Part shown: in pieces, positions 62,371-64,000 of the stretch | How positions within the stretch are numbered: the stretch's first letter is position 1 | Layout of the letters: the number at the start of each line of letters is the position of its first letter | Assembly (NCBI GenBank): GCA_965205505.1 | Contig: CBDBHB010000008.1 | Span: forward strand, 448,001 to 512,000 | DNA from: Acidobacteriota bacterium | GTDB lineage: Bacteria; Acidobacteriota; UBA890; WLXD01 | DNA length: 64,000 nt | Reading direction: 5' to 3' | Program-made: the position numbers and the translations under genes | The notes under the pieces: generated by a model | What the model saw: the letters and a program-made list of their open reading frames with translations, nothing else | Told to the model about the DNA's origin: nothing | Database searches by the model: none

Positions 62371-64000
62371 ATGTCTAGACGTGAGGATCGTGATCTCGGG
62401 ATGCACCGGGACATCAGTCGACGCGACTTCATCAATGGTGTGGGGGTTGCGATCGGCGGGTCGCTCATCGCACCTGGCTGGCTGTCGGCGCGTGAAGGTG
62501 CGCCCTACCCGTCCCTGGGGCAGGACTACTACCCACCGGCCCTGACTGGAATGCGCGGCAGTCACCCCGGTTCCTTCGAGGCCGGCCATGCGCTCCGCGA
62601 CGGCAATAGCTGGACCGATGCCACCGACACGCGCGAGAGCTACGACATGGTGGTGGTCGGAGGGGGGCTGAGCGGGCTCTCGGCGGCCTATTTCTTCCTG
62701 ACCTCGGCGGGCCGCGGCGCACGGGTGCTGGTGCTCGACAACCACGATGACTTCGGCGGTCATGCCAAGCGCAACGAGATGACCTATCGAGGCCGTACGT
62801 TGATGCTCAACGGCGGCACGTCGTACATGGAGTCCGTGGGTCACTACAGCGCCGTCTCCAGGACGCTCCTCGCCGCGCTCGGCATCGACATCGACAGTGC
62901 AGATGCCACCAGCACCGCGGGTGGGAGGTTCTACCGATCGCTGGGCCTCGGTAGCGCCACGTTCTTCGCCGAAGAGGTGTTCGGTGAAGATCGGCTGGTG
63001 ATGGGACGCGGCGGGCAATCCGGTGGATGGGCAGATTGGCTCGCCCAGACCCCGATGTCTCCAGAGGCGCAGAGGGACATCGTGCGGCTCTACGACGACG
63101 GTGCGAACCCGGACTATATGCCCGGACTGTCGGATGCGGACAAGAAGGAGCGCTTGGCCCGAATGAGCTATCGGGACTTCCTCGTCGATCTGGCCAAGGT
63201 TCACCCCGATGTGATCGCCTTCTTCGATGACCGCCCGAAGGGCAGCTTCTGTGTGGGTATCGACGGCCATCCGGCGCTCTATGGATGGGTGCAGGGCTAT
63301 CCCGGCTTCCAAGGAATGAACCTCGAGCCCCTCTCACCCGTGGGCCCCCTCGCACACATCGGCGGCGGCCAACACGGGCGCGAGGACGAGTGGGACGAAG
63401 GACCGAACATCGTGTTTCCCGACGGCAACGCGACGGTCGCCCGGCTGATGGTGCGCGCCATGATTCCCGACGCGCTTCCGGGCACCTCACTGGACGACTC
63501 GATGACGTCACGCCTGAGGTACGACCGCATCGACCGCGAGGGCTCCGACGCCCGGATCCGCCTCAACAGCATGGCCGTATCTGTCCGCCACCTGGGCGAT
63601 CCCGACACCGCTCGCGAGGTCGAGATCACCTATGTGCGCGGCGGCAAGGCCGAGAAGGTACGGGCGGCTCACTGTGTGATGGGGTGCTACAACGGGGTCA
63701 TCCCGCACCTGTGCCCGGAGATGTCCGACGAGCAGAAGGTGGCGCTCATGTATGGCGTCAAGATGCCGCTCGTCTACACCAACGTTCTCATCCGAAATTG
63801 GACGGCCTTCACAAACCTGGGTATCTCACGGGTGACCGCTCCGGGGATGTACCACACCGGGGTGAACCTGGGCCGCTCCATCCAGTTCGGTGACTACCAA
63901 CCCTCCAGATCGGCTGACGACCCGATGATCCTGCACATGTCCAGGATGCCTTGCGCTCCCGGACACCCGAAGAAGGAGCAACATCGCATCGGGCGAGAGG
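62371..64000 (+). CDS. SpdH-like FAD oxidoreductase, paralog 3 (runs off the window end)
   Basis: GGAGGAG RBS; MSRREDRDLGMHRDISRRDFING...YYPPALTGMRGSH...DNHDDFGGHAKRNE...FPDGNA. Confidence 0.85.
   Translation, partial: MSRREDRDLGMHRDISRRDFINGVGVAIGGSLIAPGWLSAREGAPYPSLGQDYYPPALTGMRGSHPGSFEAGHALRDGNSWTDATDTRESYDMVVVGGGLSGLSAAYFFLTSAGRGARVLVLDNHDDFGGHAKRNEMTYRGRTLMLNGGTSYMESVGHYSAVSRTLLAALGIDIDSADATSTAGGRFYRSLGLGSATFFAEEVFGEDRLVMGRGGQSGGWADWLAQTPMSPEAQRDIVRLYDDGANPDYMPGLSDADKKERLARMSYRDFLVDLAKVHPDVIAFFDDRPKGSFCVGIDGHPALYGWVQGYPGFQGMNLEPLSPVGPLAHIGGGQHGREDEWDEGPNIVFPDGNATVARLMVRAMIPDALPGTSLDDSMTSRLRYDRIDREGSDARIRLNSMAVSVRHLGDPDTAREVEITYVRGGKAEKVRAAHCVMGCYNGVIPHLCPEMSDEQKVALMYGVKMPLVYTNVLIRNWTAFTNLGISRVTAPGMYHTGVNLGRSIQFGDYQPSRSADDPMILHMSRMPCAPGHPKKEQHRIGRE

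Noticed and set aside
57181-63312. Long minus-strand ORFs (57181-58383, 58800-59963, 62074-63312)
   Set aside because: Antisense shadows of the SpdH-like genes caused by codon bias.

Overview
GC-rich bacterial window, most likely from an Acidobacteriota-like genome (inferred from three PadR + duplicated ABC-permease 'ADOP' pairs). The left part (about 3.5-17.7 kb) is a decayed integrative element. It has a P4-type integrase, a hypothetical gene, alpA and a primase/DnaB fragment. Its cargo is two divergent, very large Zn-finger SF2 helicases of the DruE/DUF1998 superfamily. One helicase is translationally coupled to an unusual partner that ends in an Ig/PKD-like domain and a motif resembling archaeal/eukaryotic ribosomal protein eL13; this is a candidate undescribed defence module. 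The right part holds metabolic and transport genes: frc, an RND efflux system, a ceramidase, peptidases, PQQ-repeat propellers and three spermidine-dehydrogenase-like paralogs. It also holds two IS3 elements and a family of 278-279 bp CTAG-bounded elements. Each of these has a different but perfect 30-bp terminal inverted repeat around two inverted copies of one conserved hairpin motif. Many genes are broken by deletions, a local inversion, a duplication or frameshifts. All family calls come from motif recognition by eye; no database searches were run.
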